DNA from: Catajapyx aquilonaris
Lineage: Eukaryota
DNA length: 56,715 bases
Direction of reading: 5' to 3'
Assembly (NCBI GenBank): GCA_000934665.2
Contig: JYFJ02002466.1
Span: forward strand, 1-56,715
The translations under genes were made by a program, and so were the position numbers. The notes beneath the pieces were generated by a model. It ran no database searches and was not told the origin of the DNA. It saw only the letters and a program-made list of their open reading frames with translations. Shown here piece by piece: positions 23,938-42,217 of this stretch. The stretch's first letter is position 1. Each line of letters begins with the position of its first letter.

Positions 23938-25424
23938 GGCAACTGCTGACATAGTATGAAATGTGAACTGAATAAAAATACCGAGTGTTTGGGCAAATAG
24001 TTGCGTTTATAAATGTTAATATTAATAAGATTTTGACATAATTGACTTAATTCATAGACACAATATTGCAAACACTGTGTTTCTCTATTCAGGGAAAATA
24101 TAATTATTACGGCTTGTAAGTGACTATTCTCGTGCGGTTACTGTACTGTACGAGTAAAAATGAATGTCTGGATGAAACAAGGGCCGAAGTCCAGCAGGGC
24201 AGAAAAATGGTGGGATGTAATAATATTACATCCCACCATTTTTTAAATATTATAAACTCCTTTGAGACGAAATTAAATTATGTGTACGGTACTGACACCC
24301 CACACTGGATATAGCGTAAGCTTAAAAGGGCCATCCAAACAATAAAATCTAGGCCTGATGCTGATTCTGTAAAAAAAATTACTGCTGATTAATTAATATC
24401 TAACGGGGTATATTATATAATATATTAATTAATATTAATGACATTCCAAATGTACTATTATTTCATGGCCTTCGGACCTAGTTTTGTTGGGCTATCAAAT
24501 AATTGGAATGGTTAGTGCACCACCAGTATTGGCAGCTGGCGCGATAAGGTATGGTACCTTTATTTGATCTGATGTGTACTGTACGAGCTTTGGATCTTTT
24601 CCATAACGTGGGATTGCAAGGGAGAAGAAGAGCTAGAGAAGAGAGAAGAGCTGCAAGTGTGAATGCAACATCCTTTTGCGCATTAAACTGGGTGGTTAGT
24701 CTACCAAAACTTTTTGCTGGTAATTTTTATAAAGCAGAGATATAAATACGATATAGACTTACCTTTATTAAACCAGTAAGTTATGGGACTTAAAATAATA
24801 TTTTGTGCTAGATACCCAAATATTGACTTTAACTTATCTCCTACATCATTCCAATAAGAACTTGGAGAGTCCGGCCTATAGATTATCTGAAGTACTGGTT
24901 GTGTCACATTACCAGAAGCATGCATTAATCAGGTATTCCCGGATAGGTGCACGGAACCCCTCCTTTCAAACTAGATTTGATTGGAGCAAAGAAAGCTAAA
25001 TTGCAGTCGGCAATTTGCTGCAAGAAATGTATTATTTGCCGTGGCTAATACGATCACATACAGTGATGGATACAGTATTTTCGAAATGTACGCTCCTGTT
25101 TGATGGTCAACTGTTTGGCCGTGAGCTAGCAAACAATAACGTTCCACGTGATATAATACTGTAATTAATTATTAAGTCCAAAAGACAGTTGTGCGCAATT
25201 AATCCGACAAGAATCTAAGAAATTGCAAGATTTTCTATGGCTACTATAAAATAATTATTTGAAAGTTATTCAATTTAATTCCACAGTCCACGATTTATTA
25301 TGCATTTAGCAGGCGAGAAAAATGGAAAAGACAGGCGTGATCATTGAATCTAGTATCTATGTAGTCCTTCACTGATTGAAATATTGCTTATTAATGGGAA
25401 GCTATATTATACTGTATAGTAAAG

Positions 25425-25497
25425 AAAACCTTCCATATATCTTAATAAACTATCTAACATGCCATTAGATAGTGCATTAAGATATATGGAAGGTTTT
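25425..25497. repeat. Short inverted repeat / mini-MITE
   Basis: AAAACCTTCCATATATCTTAAT..ACTATCTAA pairs with TTAGATAGT..ATTAAGATATATGGAAGGTTTT. Confidence 0.75.
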
Positions 25498-25971
25498 GGT
25501 AACAGTCTTTAAAGATTCGGCCTGGAAATAAATTTATAGATATCGAACGGTCTGTATGCCTTTAAAGTGTGTAGGGAATTACATTTAGGTGCAGTAGCTT
25601 GTTAACCACCAACGTGAATGGATAGTAGGCAATAGAAAATTTTTCAATCCACTATGGATTGGTAAATCTTTTCTATTGCGGAATCGACAAATCAGAAGCA
25701 CAATGTAATCCTATCAAGATATGGGAGTTTTAGGGTTTTCAAACCATTTCTTGAGGAAAAGGGAATAGTTAAGAAAATTGACTCGACTTTCAGAAAATAC
25801 GTTTTGAGGACAATACAATACTTATGATTTTTCTGCCCAAGTTGGCGGCCTAATGAGACTTGTGACATTGAATTAGTCACTGAGATAATGAAAAATAATG
25901 TAAATAAGTGTAGTATTTCTTTAGTATTTTATATCTTAGTGACTATTTCAATGTCACTTACAAGAACATAT

Positions 25972-26961
25972 GAAGGGTTTGGTGGAAAAACAGGATAAGT
26001 CCATCGTTACTTCTCGGGAAAACAAAGAAAAACTGAATTCCCGGAATATTTCAAAACTGTTTATAATGATAATTTTTTGTTGAATAGGATAGGTCAACAT
26101 CCACCAGAATATGAAGTTTGTACGATGCATATTACGCATTCTACAGTAGAGTATAATGTGGACAAGTCTTGTTTTTGCACCGAATGAGAACCAGACATGT
26201 CCAAATAAATTATTTTTGTGTGTATGTTATGAACATGGACAAACCTTTTCCTCAATTACAGGCATACATAGTGTTACAAACTGTTACAAACTCATATCCT
26301 AATTCATCATCAGACATGCAGACTCCTCATCCCTCTGTTCAGCCATACTGATGCGCTTTAGTGATTTATACCGCTTTTACTAATGGAGCATTCCACGTCA
26401 ACTCGGACCACTTTTCCGACAAATATTTTCCGATTTCGACCAAAATTCACAGGTTTGCAGTAGTCGTCGTTGTACGTAAGGAACCGAGATTTCGTCTCTC
26501 TGTGACACGTGGGTGCGAAACTAAATGGTGTGTAATTGCAATTTTTCACTCATTTGAAGCTGTCAGGGCTTGTAATGGAGGCCCGTAGCCTCTGAACACG
26601 TAAACCTAAAGTGAATCCAAATCTGATACGTGGTTTTGGAAGCTCTTTTAAAGGCCTTTAATAATATCGCATTGAAAATAGACGGAATAAAATCTTTCAA
26701 TTGCACGATGGCAGCGAAATTGTGATTTTAATATAACTCAAAGTTCGTTACTTTTGGGATTTTTTGAATGGACTTCAAAATGAAGCGTGAAATGTGTGCT
26801 TCGCGTTTCCGAAAAGTCTAGGAGGTGACCTTTGTAATTTCACCCCTTACAGAGCGAACACGCAGTACCAAAAGATGCAGAATAGCCACAAGATGGCAGA
26901 ACCACCCATAACTCATTTTAGGCCAAATGTGGACTTATCCGGTTTTTCCACCAAACCCTTC
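25972..26961. mobile_element. Sola1-like non-autonomous DNA transposon
   Basis: ~32-bp TIR GAAGGGTTTGGTGGAAAAAC[A/C]GGATAAGTCCA; 4-bp ATAT TSD on both sides (AWWT). Confidence 0.75.
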
Positions 26962-28475
26962 ATATTCTTGCATGGGTTTATTTGACACTGACGTCACGGA
27001 AAAACGGAATTTAGTGCCAATCCGTGAAATACACAGTAATGGAGAACTATAAATTCCCCAAGATTTTAGAGCAGCTCAAACACACGCATTAACCAATTTG
27101 GTCATCGTCAAATGGCCACAAAATATATTTATTGGTGCCATCGGGTGCCATGCACTGCTTGACCTTTCCGTCATTTTCCGAAGTAAATACTGTAGGTCTA
27201 CCAGGTGTACCCAAGTAAGCTTGACGGAATATTGTGATTATTTACGTCACACTGAAGCGTTTAGAAAGAAGTAAAATCATTGAACAATATTACTTTCTCG
27301 TAGAGGTAATCTGGATGAGAGTGTAATAGGGTTTGTGATGCATAGATTATACAGTATTGGCCTGCCTACTTTTACAACTTTTAAGCAGCGTAGATTGCTA
27401 TCAGTTAGTTTTCATTAGTTCATATTGCACTGATAATTATGTCGACACTGAAATACTCTCACACGATACATGTAACATGTTCTGTACTTGCAATAATTGT
27501 TGCTGTCGCCTTCAAGAACGCTTCTATAGAAACGCAAAAACATAGGTTTTCAGGTCATCTAAATTGTTCGTTTCAAAAACATTGGCTCTATCTCGACCGC
27601 CACAAAATCAAATCAAGTTAATGCAAGTCACACCATTATAAATCACAATTCAATCACAAAGTAAGTACTTCTCAGGCATGCCCTCAACTCAAGGTTATTG
27701 GCAAAGACCCTATGTAAAGAGTATAGTGTGACGTTATGTTATGGTGTTTATAATCTTGTTACCTCTCATCATTGTTGCTGTTTTTGCCTCAGATTATAGT
27801 AAGAGACTTGTAACAGTCGTGTATCACTGATAATAAAGTAAGTCGACCTCAGTTTATAAATATGTATAAATACATACTTGTCCATCGAAAAATGTAAAAA
27901 AATCGGAGAAAAACGTTGAACTGGAGATCTGATCTTAAAATGATTTTTTGTTCCTGTGCAGTTAGGCTCATGACTTGCTGGTATAGAGCCTCTTTTGTCG
28001 ATATCGTTTGTTAAATATGACGTAAAACTAATACTGTACCTACTTGATAATGAATTCAGTGGAGTCTAGTATTTCACGCATTAATAACAGTAGATCCCTA
28101 CCACAGTACCCTGTCCTCCGGACCTATTGTAGCCTACAGGACATTGAGTACCGGTAAGGTATCGATGGTGAATAAAATATTTTCATTTCATTTTGGCCAG
28201 TGGGACCTCACAAAGCACATAATTACGTAACAACGTCACTGCTGTGCATAATGTCCTGTGTCAAATAATAATTCAATGCACATAAATAATGCACTGCACA
28301 TACAATAACAGTGTTGAAATTGTTCCGAGATATGTGTAAATGGTGCAGCCACTGTACTTGTAATTCTTTCTAACCGAAGCTCTGTGAAAATATTGTTAGT
28401 ATTTTCATATTAAATAGTAGATCACCTAAATTAGACGAATGCCTTTTTACAGGGGTCATCATGTAATAGAAAAGG

Positions 28476-32341
<3,866 letters not shown>

Positions 32342-33123
32342 ATTATAGTTTCTCATATTTCAGGACCCATTCATTCAAGCATATTGGATTGATTCTTTCC
32401 GTTGTTATTGCTTCAAGCTGATGAGAATGGAATTGGCGTCATATAGTGGGAAAAAATGACATTCAACTATGCCAACAATGAAACTAACAATTTAGGACTT
32501 ATTGTGACATCGCGTCGGTGGCATTCTCTGGTTGGAACAATAATATATACAGTACTTTAATTTTGTGACAGGTAGCTCTTTGCCTTCTTCTGGTTCATCT
32601 CTATTTATTTGAAACGAGTTTATTGTCCAGCATGGCCTGGAAGTATGTGCGTATACGATCATTACATACAGACTATGCTGGAATGCACAATAAAGTGCAA
32701 ATGACACGGAGTTATTATATTAGTCATAATTATTTATAAATAATTATGAAGATAAAATCAATTAAATAAATAACAAGTAAAGTTTTATTATTTAATCGCA
32801 AATGTAAAAAGTCACTGTTAATAACGCATGTAGAATATTGGAATAATATACAGGTCAATGACACATTGTAGGGCTAATACTGACATGTATCAGTATTGTG
32901 TTCGTATATGCAGGATATTCAGTACTGTACAATGAAACAAAGTACTCCTATCTGACACTGCTGATTTCACCATTGCATTGCAATGGTGTTTTGTATTCTA
33001 AAAATTAATACAGGGTCATCGAAAAACAAGATATAACAAGAAATTAATGTGGGGCACAGGTTTTTACTAGGCTACTGACCTTGACTCCACATTTGAACGT
33101 TTGACAGTAGGTGGTAGAATGTA

Positions 33124-33221
33124 CTATGGGCGCCAAAAGAATTGACCGGAGTTGATGGGTATATAGCGCCCGATAGCGCCATATACCCATCAACTCCGGT
33201 CAATTCTTTTGGCGCCCATAG
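33124..33221. mobile_element. 98-bp palindromic mini-MITE (CTAT...ATAG termini, TA TSD)
   Basis: GTA|CTATGGGCGCCAAAAGAATTGACCGGAGTTGATGGGTATAT...ATATACCCATCAACTCCGGTCAATTCTTTTGGCGCCCATAG|TAC; perfect ~41-bp arms. Confidence 0.9.
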
Positions 33222-34550
33222 TACAATAATTTACACAATACTATGGTGATAAAAAGATAGGACATGTCAGTGTTGATATTAATTTTAAAATGTGGGATGT
33301 CGTTAGCTTTTTAGCTGAACTCGCCTGGAATTACCCGACCAGCAAAAACTCTCCAAGACCGTGAAACAGAGCATGAGCATCATATAATATTTTACATTTA
33401 ACTGAATATAATCACCTAACATCTTTCACAACCCCCCCTAATAAGTTAGTGTTGCAAATTAGCTGCATAAAATAAGCAGCTTAGCCCCAAAATACTGCTA
33501 ACCACTACGGGCATTTCAATTGGAACACCCTTTATGCAGCCAGTATTATGGCGAATGAAATTTTACTAATAGACATTAAAACAGGTCCTTCGCTTAAAGT
33601 CAAAATCTTCATGTGGATGAGGTAGAGGAGCAGCTTTAAATGCACCATGCTATTCTAACGAATCATCAAATCCAAAATATAAATAAACTAATCAACACAC
33701 TCATCAGTCTGATTAAATGACCCCATGGTTCTGGTTTGCTTCGAGGAATTTAAAGACGCATTAGTAAGCTGAGTCAGTTTTGCTTTCTTTTAGGAAATAT
33801 ACTTGTACAAAATATTCTCATACCTGGACATTGCAAAGCGTCAAGTGAAGTGCGAAGAAACCGCAAATTCTAGTGACTCGAAACAATGCTGAATAGGCCA
33901 TTTGAGGCTTAATAGTCGGAGACAGTAGTTAGCATTGCTCCATGAATCCATTGTGGTGACAAGCGACTTGTGTAAGGGGCAAAAATACTTCAAGAAGCTT
34001 TTACGTGCGAGTCCCGACATCACTTACCCTCACTACCTGTCCAATGACTTCAAAGTTGGCCATGTCTTGGAGAGAAAGGTTGTGCTTCAGGATTATCGTA
34101 GCCATGTTTCTTCTTGCTCTGAAAGTGTCCTTAGGAGTAAAATCAGGTACGACCTCAGTGTTTATATTCATATTATCATTGTAGTTATTTATTCTTGTTG
34201 TCATATTCATATTATAAAAATGATTTATTATAAGTTAAATTAGGTCATACGGGCAACATTAAGGACACCATCTAGCATTAAATGATTGACTTCTACATAA
34301 TGCAGTTATGGAAAATAAATAACAATTGATAGTCTTGCTGTGTGAGTAAGATGGGCATTTCTCTACAATAAATTGAACTCGCTACCGGTACTACAGTATT
34401 TATAAGTGTAGACATTTAAAGGGCAAAAGAAGATTTTTTTTACCGTGAAGAAATATTCCTTGAGTACACTGTTAGGCCCACACACACACATGTATCGTAA
34501 CGCGTTCCTTTCATAGGATTTTGTAATGGCAAGTTACTCATATTATTATA

Positions 34551-35172
34551 CAGGGTGATTCTCTCGAATCCGAACCCAAACATTCCTCAATTACTTTTTA
34601 ATTATTGCATGGTTCTCAATGAAAATTGACATGTACTTACCTTGTATGATGCCAAACAAGATCTGCCTGAAGCATATGCTGAAAATGGTCCCCTCCAGCA
34701 TCCAAAACTTTTTGAATGCGAGTCTGCATATTGGCGTATATACTACGAATGTGCTAATGCGACATGATAATGGCAGCAAACTCCCGCCGTATCGGGGCTA
34801 GAGGACGTCAATTGTTCTGGGCTTAATCTGTAGCCTATACGTATGATGTGCGGCCCTTGACGCCCTTCAGTAAACCCCATAAGAAGGAATCAGGTCTGGC
34901 GGGGCCCCCTCAACCGGCTTCAGCTCTCCCAGGCCGGTCAAATGTACCTGGCTCACAGTGGTGTCCCGACACCGTTTTCATGGACAAAAGTCTGAATCTC
35001 ATTCCACATGCTGGAGGGGAGCATTTCCAGCATATTATGCTGAGTCTGAGTCAGAGCTTGTTTGGCATCATACGTACACAAGGTAAGTACATGTCAATTT
35101 CCATTGAGAACCATACAATAATTAAAAAGTTATTGAGGAATGTTTGGGTTCGGATTCAAGAGAATCACCCTG
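34551..35172. mobile_element. Tc1/mariner-superfamily foldback element (two transposase 3' ends)
   Basis: TA|CAGGGTGATTCTCT...AGAGAATCACCCTG|TA. The ~150-bp arms encode DAGGDHFQHML (minus) and HAGGEHFQHIM (plus); internal minus-strand 'FLWGLLK'. Confidence 0.85.
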
Positions 35173-35260
35173 TATTTTACTTTCTTGTAAGTGTGCCATC
35201 GCATAAGTTGCACGGATAGGCTATAAAGGGATTTCTTGTTGACACGATATCAGTATGAAT

Positions 35261-35764
35261 GTTAGGCTCAAACCCCGAAAACGGCCATTGAGCAAAAAAA
35301 TCGGCCATTTCGCGAAATGCTCACTTTAAAACGGGAATATCACGAAATGCTCCTTTCTAAACCATCAATTTCGCGAAATGTCCATTTTAAAAGGAGCAGA
35401 CCCCGAAATGCTCTTTTAAAAGAGACCAGAACGCTTTTCTGGACTAGACAAAAATGTCAGGACGCGAATTTTGTGTTGTGGCTGGTTCAGAAAAAGCCAA
35501 TAGTAACGCGTTGTGGCAGTTTCTTGTCACCCACTACGCCAACTAGATGCTGGAGATAAATCACCCTATTGTTGTTTGGCAAGTGGGTGAAACGTGATAT
35601 CTAATGACCCTGTTTAATAGCATTATTATACCGTTTTAAACAGAGACTTTCGTGATCTGCCTGTTTTAAAATGAGCATTTCACGTAATGGATGGTTTGAA
35701 AGGGAACAGTCCGCTAAATGGTCTTTTTTTCGCTCAAAGGCCGTTTTCGGGGTATGCGCCTAAC
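35261..35764. mobile_element. Long-TIR MITE with tandem CGAAATG subterminal motifs
   Basis: GTTAGGCTCAAACCCCGAAAACGGCC / GGCCGTTTTCGGGGTATGCGCCTAAC; superfamily unclear. Confidence 0.7.
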
Positions 35765-36184
35765 AGGAACATCTTAAAATTTATATATTAGGCCTAGGCT
35801 TTGGTTTATTTGAATCGATATTTTTTAAAGCTGCCATACCCAATTATTCTTCAGGGAAGATTTTTCAATATACAAATCGTCATCATATCGCATGTAGTAC
35901 AGTACTGTACGTACTGCATCCTTTTCAGTTTGTAGAGTTTAAACATAATTATACTCGTATCAGTATAATACGTCCTCCCGTTACTCGCACATTCATAAAT
36001 AAGGTTCGTTCATTATTGATACACATCAAAAAAAAATCATCTAAAGTGCAAAGCTGGACCCCTTTGACTACGGTAATGCCAGTTATTAGCTCTTGGTAAT
36101 GCTAATAAATATTCATAACATATTATACATAATGCATTTACCCAAATAGTTGCGATTCTCCTCTTTCAATTACTTATAACTTAA

Positions 36185-36342
36185 CCCTGCTGGAGTTACT
36201 GTAATAAGTAAGACATGAATGAAACTAATCATTTGAAATTGAGTCAATAAATAGTGTTAACTTAGGCACAATTATGTCAATTGATACATAACTCGTTTAT
36301 ACACTTGCAGTTTTACAGCTCGTTTCTGGAACTCCAGCAGGG
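36185..36342. mobile_element. Short piggyBac-like MITE
   Basis: TTAA|CCCTGCTGGAGTT...AACTCCAGCAGGG; right TSD degenerate. Confidence 0.6.
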
Positions 36343-37490
36343 TGTAACGTTACAGTTAATTTTGTATTGATGAATAGTGCAATGGTCCAAGTTTCACATA
36401 AATTATTTTCTGGGATTTTAATTTCCCTACTACATGGATACGGGGGAAATAGTAACACTGGTTCCTATGATATTTTGATAACGGACGGTTTCCTGTTTCT
36501 ATATTATAATTTTATGCTACTGATGAATAACTTTGATCCTGCTGGTTCAATCTGAACTAGAATGGTATCTTAGACTTCCGTTAGTGGGTTACGATACAGT
36601 TTTTTTTTAACTAGGAAAAACTAAGCTCCCGGAGTCAATTATTGCAATCCAAGTAAATCAATCAGTGCAGAATAGCCTTGATTGTTGTCCTGACGGATCC
36701 ATCATACAGCCCTGGTGTCAACCCTAGACCCACATTTTTTAAGGTTAGGTATAATGTGTAGATGACAAGTTGACAAGCATTTTAGTTGCATAATAAACCC
36801 TGGGTTAAGGTCGACGTCACATTAAAATAGCAGCCTTGGTGACTTGAGATTAGGAGAGTTATGGACTGGTATATAGCATTGCGTCAAGCCAACATTATTA
36901 CCATAGGCCTATACCATCAGGAAACAGATTGATGTATAGTCTATTCCTGGAGACAAATTATGGCAAGCTCAGTGCCACACTGTCATGGCAATTCACACAA
37001 GTGGCAATGAACGATCGGCAGGGTTGCCACTCGTGACATATCGAAGAAGAGAAAATAGCATATACAAATCATATACGAGTACTTCATACACGATAATGCA
37101 TTTAGTAGGTGTTGCGATTGTCCCTATACAAAATGTTTCAATGTGCATATATTATATGTATGGCATACAGTTTATAGTCTTTATACTGTACAACATGCAA
37201 ATGATGTTCTCGTTAAGATGACCCCATACCAAGAGACAAAATTATTGCTTGTTTCAGAAAACTCAGAAGGCATGTCAAGGTAACCTAGAAATAAGGAATT
37301 CACATGACAGTTAAAACTTTTGTCTCATTCACGTTTTCCATTAAAGTGAAAAGTGAAGCATTTTCTTGTAGCTGGGAGTGGCTTTTTAAAAAGTCCGGAA
37401 AATCGTATCACTACGCAGACTATAAGAAATTATTGTTAATGAACAAGCATCTGGTCTGACAGATTCTGACCAATTTTAGTTGGTCTAGCA

Positions 37491-37714
37491 CAGTGGTTCC
37501 CAACCTGGGGGTCGCGAAGCCTTTTCCGAGGGGTCGCGCGTGGCCGCGGTTATTTTTATAAATTAAAACATTACAAATTTGGGTTTAAAAAATTATAGGA
37601 AATTTCATCGCGAAGTTTTTTTCAACACCTACTAACACTCGGGGGAGGGGGAGTCGCAGGTTACTTGACTATCATAAAAAGGGGTCGCGACACGAAAAAG
37701 GTTGGAAACCATTT
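37491..37714. mobile_element. hAT (Charlie/Buster-like) MITE
   Basis: Exact 8-bp TSD GTCTAGCA; TIR CAGTGGTTCCCAACCT / AGGTTGGAAACCATTT; GGGGTCGCG subterminal motifs. Confidence 0.85.
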
Positions 37715-39955
37715 GTCTAGCATTTCGTGAAGATGAGTTACGCAGCTTTTTGTGAAATCACAACTGACGAGCTACACACAGGCAAGGGTATGAAATTTTC
37801 ATGGTTTTATTTGTCATTACTGTGAATCAATTTGGCGTTATATTTGGCACATGTGCATGCCCAGGAGACCTCACATTCGCCATTTTCATGCACAGAGCCG
37901 GGGGGGGGGGGGGNTAACTGCTACAAAAAAGAGGGGGCAAGTTGTGACAGTGAAACATCCTACCCCAGCTAGAAAGTTTTGTTCTATTTATCATTCAGTA
38001 TACTACAGTATAGTTAGAAGAATTTTAATCTTGTCATATTAGGGAACAAAAGTTAAAGACTTCATTTTTTGTCAGTATGAACATCTATTAAGTGTTCAGC
38101 TGACTTTGAAACATAATTATAGGCCCAATTAACCCTTAAGTAGTATCACGGATCTGAGCAACGCAACTAGTATCATGGGGTATTTTGTGACCCCAGGTGG
38201 TATTTTAATTATATTTTACCTCCGATTTATGTGAATAAATTTTGAGTTCACATAAATCTTAATCTGTAAATAATAAAACATAACGATAAAAAACGTGATT
38301 GAGTATTTAAAACTGTGCAAACACAATTTAATGTGTATAATTATAGATAGCTCAGCCGGCTCAGCCTTACGAAAACTGCTCTTTGTACAAAAAAAAAAAC
38401 CGAGGGAGATGCAATAATCTTAGGAATGAAAGACTAGAAGAGGCTCATTTTTTGAAGGCATGAATGCAAGAGTAATGAAGAATCCAAACTTAACATGGGG
38501 GTCTTCTTTGACCCCAGACGCACCCCACCGTGATTATAGCTGTTTTTTGAGAGCCCTGAATTTTTTTCCCCATTTTGAAAGACATTAACACATGGGCAAA
38601 TGTATGTTTGATGAATACACAAAAGCATTTGGCTTTTAATCCATCAGTAACTTGACACTGTCAATTCTCGTAAGCTTGGGGATAGGGAAGTTACACATAA
38701 AACAGTATGTGAATGCGACAAAATATAGCGCGACTTTTTACTAAGATACCAGTATATTAATGAGCCACATTTCTTTCTAGATCATTTACAAAATTACCTG
38801 ATCATAAGAAAGCCCATTCTAGTCAGAATCGAAGGGTGGTCAGAAATGGGTGCAGCGTACTTTACAGTACACAGTACTAACAGTGGGCCCATGCAAAATG
38901 CGATAATAATGAAATATTGTACTTGTGCCACAAGTGAAATTCAGATTAGCTATGACAGGGGAAAGGCAAAATTATAAATTTCCCTTTCTCCCCCTACGTA
39001 TTTAGACGGAGGGAGTACGCATTTTACACTTAAATTAACATAATATCCCACTTTTCCCACTTATGTCACCTTTTCCTTTGTCGTGGTATAATTAGAATAC
39101 GTGGTACATGTTATTTTCTTTACACATAATAATACAGGCCGAATAATTAAGTGAAAAGGGCTGATTTTAAAGTGGAAACGGTATAAGAAGAAGAAAGCAA
39201 ACCCAACTGGAGATTCTTCCGATTTCTATTCAATTTCAAGGGTGCTTATGGAATGAATATACGGAATATACCGTATTTCCGTCATGTTGCTTTTGCTTTA
39301 TATTGAAAAAGCAAGTGGGAAAATAATGCGCCCTCGGTCCACTGAAATAAGTGGATCAAAAAGGTCAATTGCCACATATTTGAATAGAAATTGACTGATA
39401 GTTTGCAATACTTCCAGTGATTTCCTAATATTATTGTAATTTACAAACTGCAACTTTCAAAATTATTTTTAATCTGCAAAGTTGGTTTTGGAATTTGGAT
39501 GCTCTCTTATTCTACAGGTATATTTTGATGGTCGATTTGGAACCTGGCCCAGATCATCTTTTCAACAGCACACACAGAACTTAATATTGATATATTTTCA
39601 GGAAAGGAAGATTCTGCAGCTGCACCTATTACCGGTAGTGGGGAAATTCTGCGATTTCGGTTTTTTAGATGACCGGTTTTAGAAGCGACCACTATGTCAT
39701 CAGAAACTGACATAAAACTTTCACACAAATTATTACTGTAATAATGCTTTTTTCATAAAGACAGCCCAAAAACACTGCAATGGCAACAATATATTGTAAA
39801 ACAAATGTCAGCTGAAGTACAGCATTGTTTTTCCTTCCATATTTTTCGAACGTGGCATGTATGAAACAATCCAATGATTAACCTGCTGTATTGAAGTCAC
39901 ATTTCACAGTGTAGTGGAAATAAAGAGGGACGAACTTTAACATGTATCATTATTT

Positions 39956-40360
39956 GGACGGTGTTATGCAATAACGAGTCAACCCACATGAGAACAGTTT
40001 TGAGAAAAAAGGCTTTGAAGGTCATACCTGTAAAATTCATTTATGACAGAAGTATGCAGATTTCACCAGCCTGATTTTAACTGAATGAAGTAGGAATATT
40101 TAGGTATAATTATGTTCCTGGGCTTAGCTCAATTTTGACATTTTTGTGGGTTGACAAATTATTGCATATAACACCGTCTATGCACACCATTTGTGAGTTA
40201 ACTTTTCGGTCATTTGTGGCGGCAGAAGTATGCAGATTTCGCCACCTTGATTTTAACTGAATGAGTACTATGCTTTGGGTGTAGTCTATGTTATTCCTGG
40301 GCTTAACTCAATATTTTTTGACATTTTTGTGGGTTGACCCATTATTTCACAACACCGTCC
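39956..40360. mobile_element. Sola1-like MITE with internally duplicated right end
   Basis: ATTT TSD; GGACGGTGTT / AACACCGTCC ends; 40047-40178 is repeated at 40224-40359. Confidence 0.65.
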
Positions 40361-40515
40361 ATTTCTGCTCGATTGAATGTACTGCTCGCGTACAACACAG
40401 TCCTCATGTATACCACCTTAAGGAAATCGCTCGTGCCACAAGTTTGGTGGACATATGCAACAACATGCAGATGGAGTGATACCTTGGCTTAGTCTATAAT
40501 ACTCTCCGATTCACA

Positions 40516-40801
40516 TAAGAGTGAAACTTTTTCGATATGCATACGCCCGAGGGGTCGGTGAACCGCCCGAAAGTAGTGCCCGCAACATGCCGGGTCCTAT
40601 ACCGCCCTTCACAACAAAATGTGCAGTTTGTGTAGCGCTGCGCATGGGCTGCCCATGATAATTAGGGATTCGAATTACATGTACCGTACCAGCACTGTTT
40701 CTTCGAGAAAGCTAGAGATTGCCGGGGACTAATTTTGCCGCCCGGCGGCTTACCGACTCCTCGGGCGGGCGTATGGATATATCCAAAAAGGTTCACACTT
40801 A
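40516..40801. mobile_element. Degenerate GC-rich inverted-repeat element
   Basis: AGTGAAACTTTTTCGATATGCATACGCCCGAGGGGTCGGT pairs with ACCGACTCCTCGGGCGGGCGTATGGATATATCCAAAAAGGTTCACACT. Confidence 0.55.
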
Positions 40802-42144
40802 CAGTTCGCTCAAGAAGTAGTCCGGTGAAGAAGGCCTGGTCAGAAGAGTGAGCCCACCAAGTTGCCCACATGCTTTATACGTGGGATTTTGGACCTTTGG
40901 TGGGGTAAACAATGAACCAGTACAGGCAAGTTCTTGCCCATTGGCGGAGAGAAAAGTGAAAGGAAGGAGGGGGTGACTGGGGAGTTTGGCGAGGTGGCGA
41001 CAAGGTGGCGACAAGGTGGCGATGGCAGAGGGGAGTTGGGTGGGAGCGAGTGGGTGGCTGAGGCGATGGAGGCGCTATTCTGGTGGAGGATCGGCGCGGA
41101 TCGGCGAGCGGGCCAAGGTGAGAAGGTGCGAAATATTAGTTTGGCCCTGGCCATAGCTCGAAAACGGCGGGGAAATTTGCAATTCTGAGGATTTTTCGCT
41201 TGCCAATTGTCGACGATAGGTTTCCAACGAGCCATCTCCCGACCCGCTACGACGTCGGAAAGTGTTCTCTTCTATCCTATATCCTCTGGTAGGGGCTTTA
41301 TATATTACTAGGCACCAACTTGTCAAAATTAGGCAAAAAATTAGGCAAAATTGCGAAAGTGGAGAGAGACGCGGACCAGGCAGCGGCGTTTATGGGAACT
41401 CCGTGGTGGTTGGTTCTTTAAGACGGTCGGCTTTTTTGCGTTTTATAAATTCCCTGGACACTATTTCCAAAATACAGAAGTTTATTGCAAATATAGGACA
41501 CGCTGGCTAAATTTTGACATCACTTCCAACGCTGTAGGCCGTACACAGCGGGAGGAATCGCCATCACAGTAGGGTATTAATAATATAGATTGAATATCAG
41601 GGTGTCCCTTACTAGTCGCCCTTCCGTCCCGCAGTGCACTCATTGGCCCAAAACAAGTCGTAAATGTAGCGAGGAGAAATGTCGAGGCAGTAACCGGTAA
41701 CGAGACAATCGCGGCAACTCACCCGCCGGTTTTTGTGCGGGAGGAGCGGCAATCGGTTCGACTCCCTCACTTGTAGGGTTGCCTAGGGGGCAGGATATGA
41801 ACCCGACATTGCGCGCTGAGCACGAGGCGACCTTGCTAAAGCCATTGCCGCTCCTGCTGTGCTGTCAGGCACAGTGTTTGAGATTTCGTGTTAAAACTTT
41901 TAACGGTTTACTAAGTTATAGGGGTCTTACCGAATCAAGTGGGCCTAAATGTTGCTAGACCATCTCAGATCTTGGTGAAAATAATGATAGATGTACTCAC
42001 CTATTCCTTAATGCTGCTTACAGAGTTTCAATTGCTAAATACCATGATGAGGGGAAAAAATCTCAAAAATTTGGAAATGGCTGAAAAGGAGACATTTTTT
42101 GGGGAATTTTTTCAGTTAGTGGAAGTGGTCAAAACCCAATGAAC

Positions 42145-42146
<2 letters not shown>

Positions 42147-42217
<71 letters not shown>

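Noticed and set aside
40840..41570. GC-rich ORFs with GTGGCGACAAG repeats
   Set aside because: No domain or splice structure; looks like a transposon interior whose ends I could not define.
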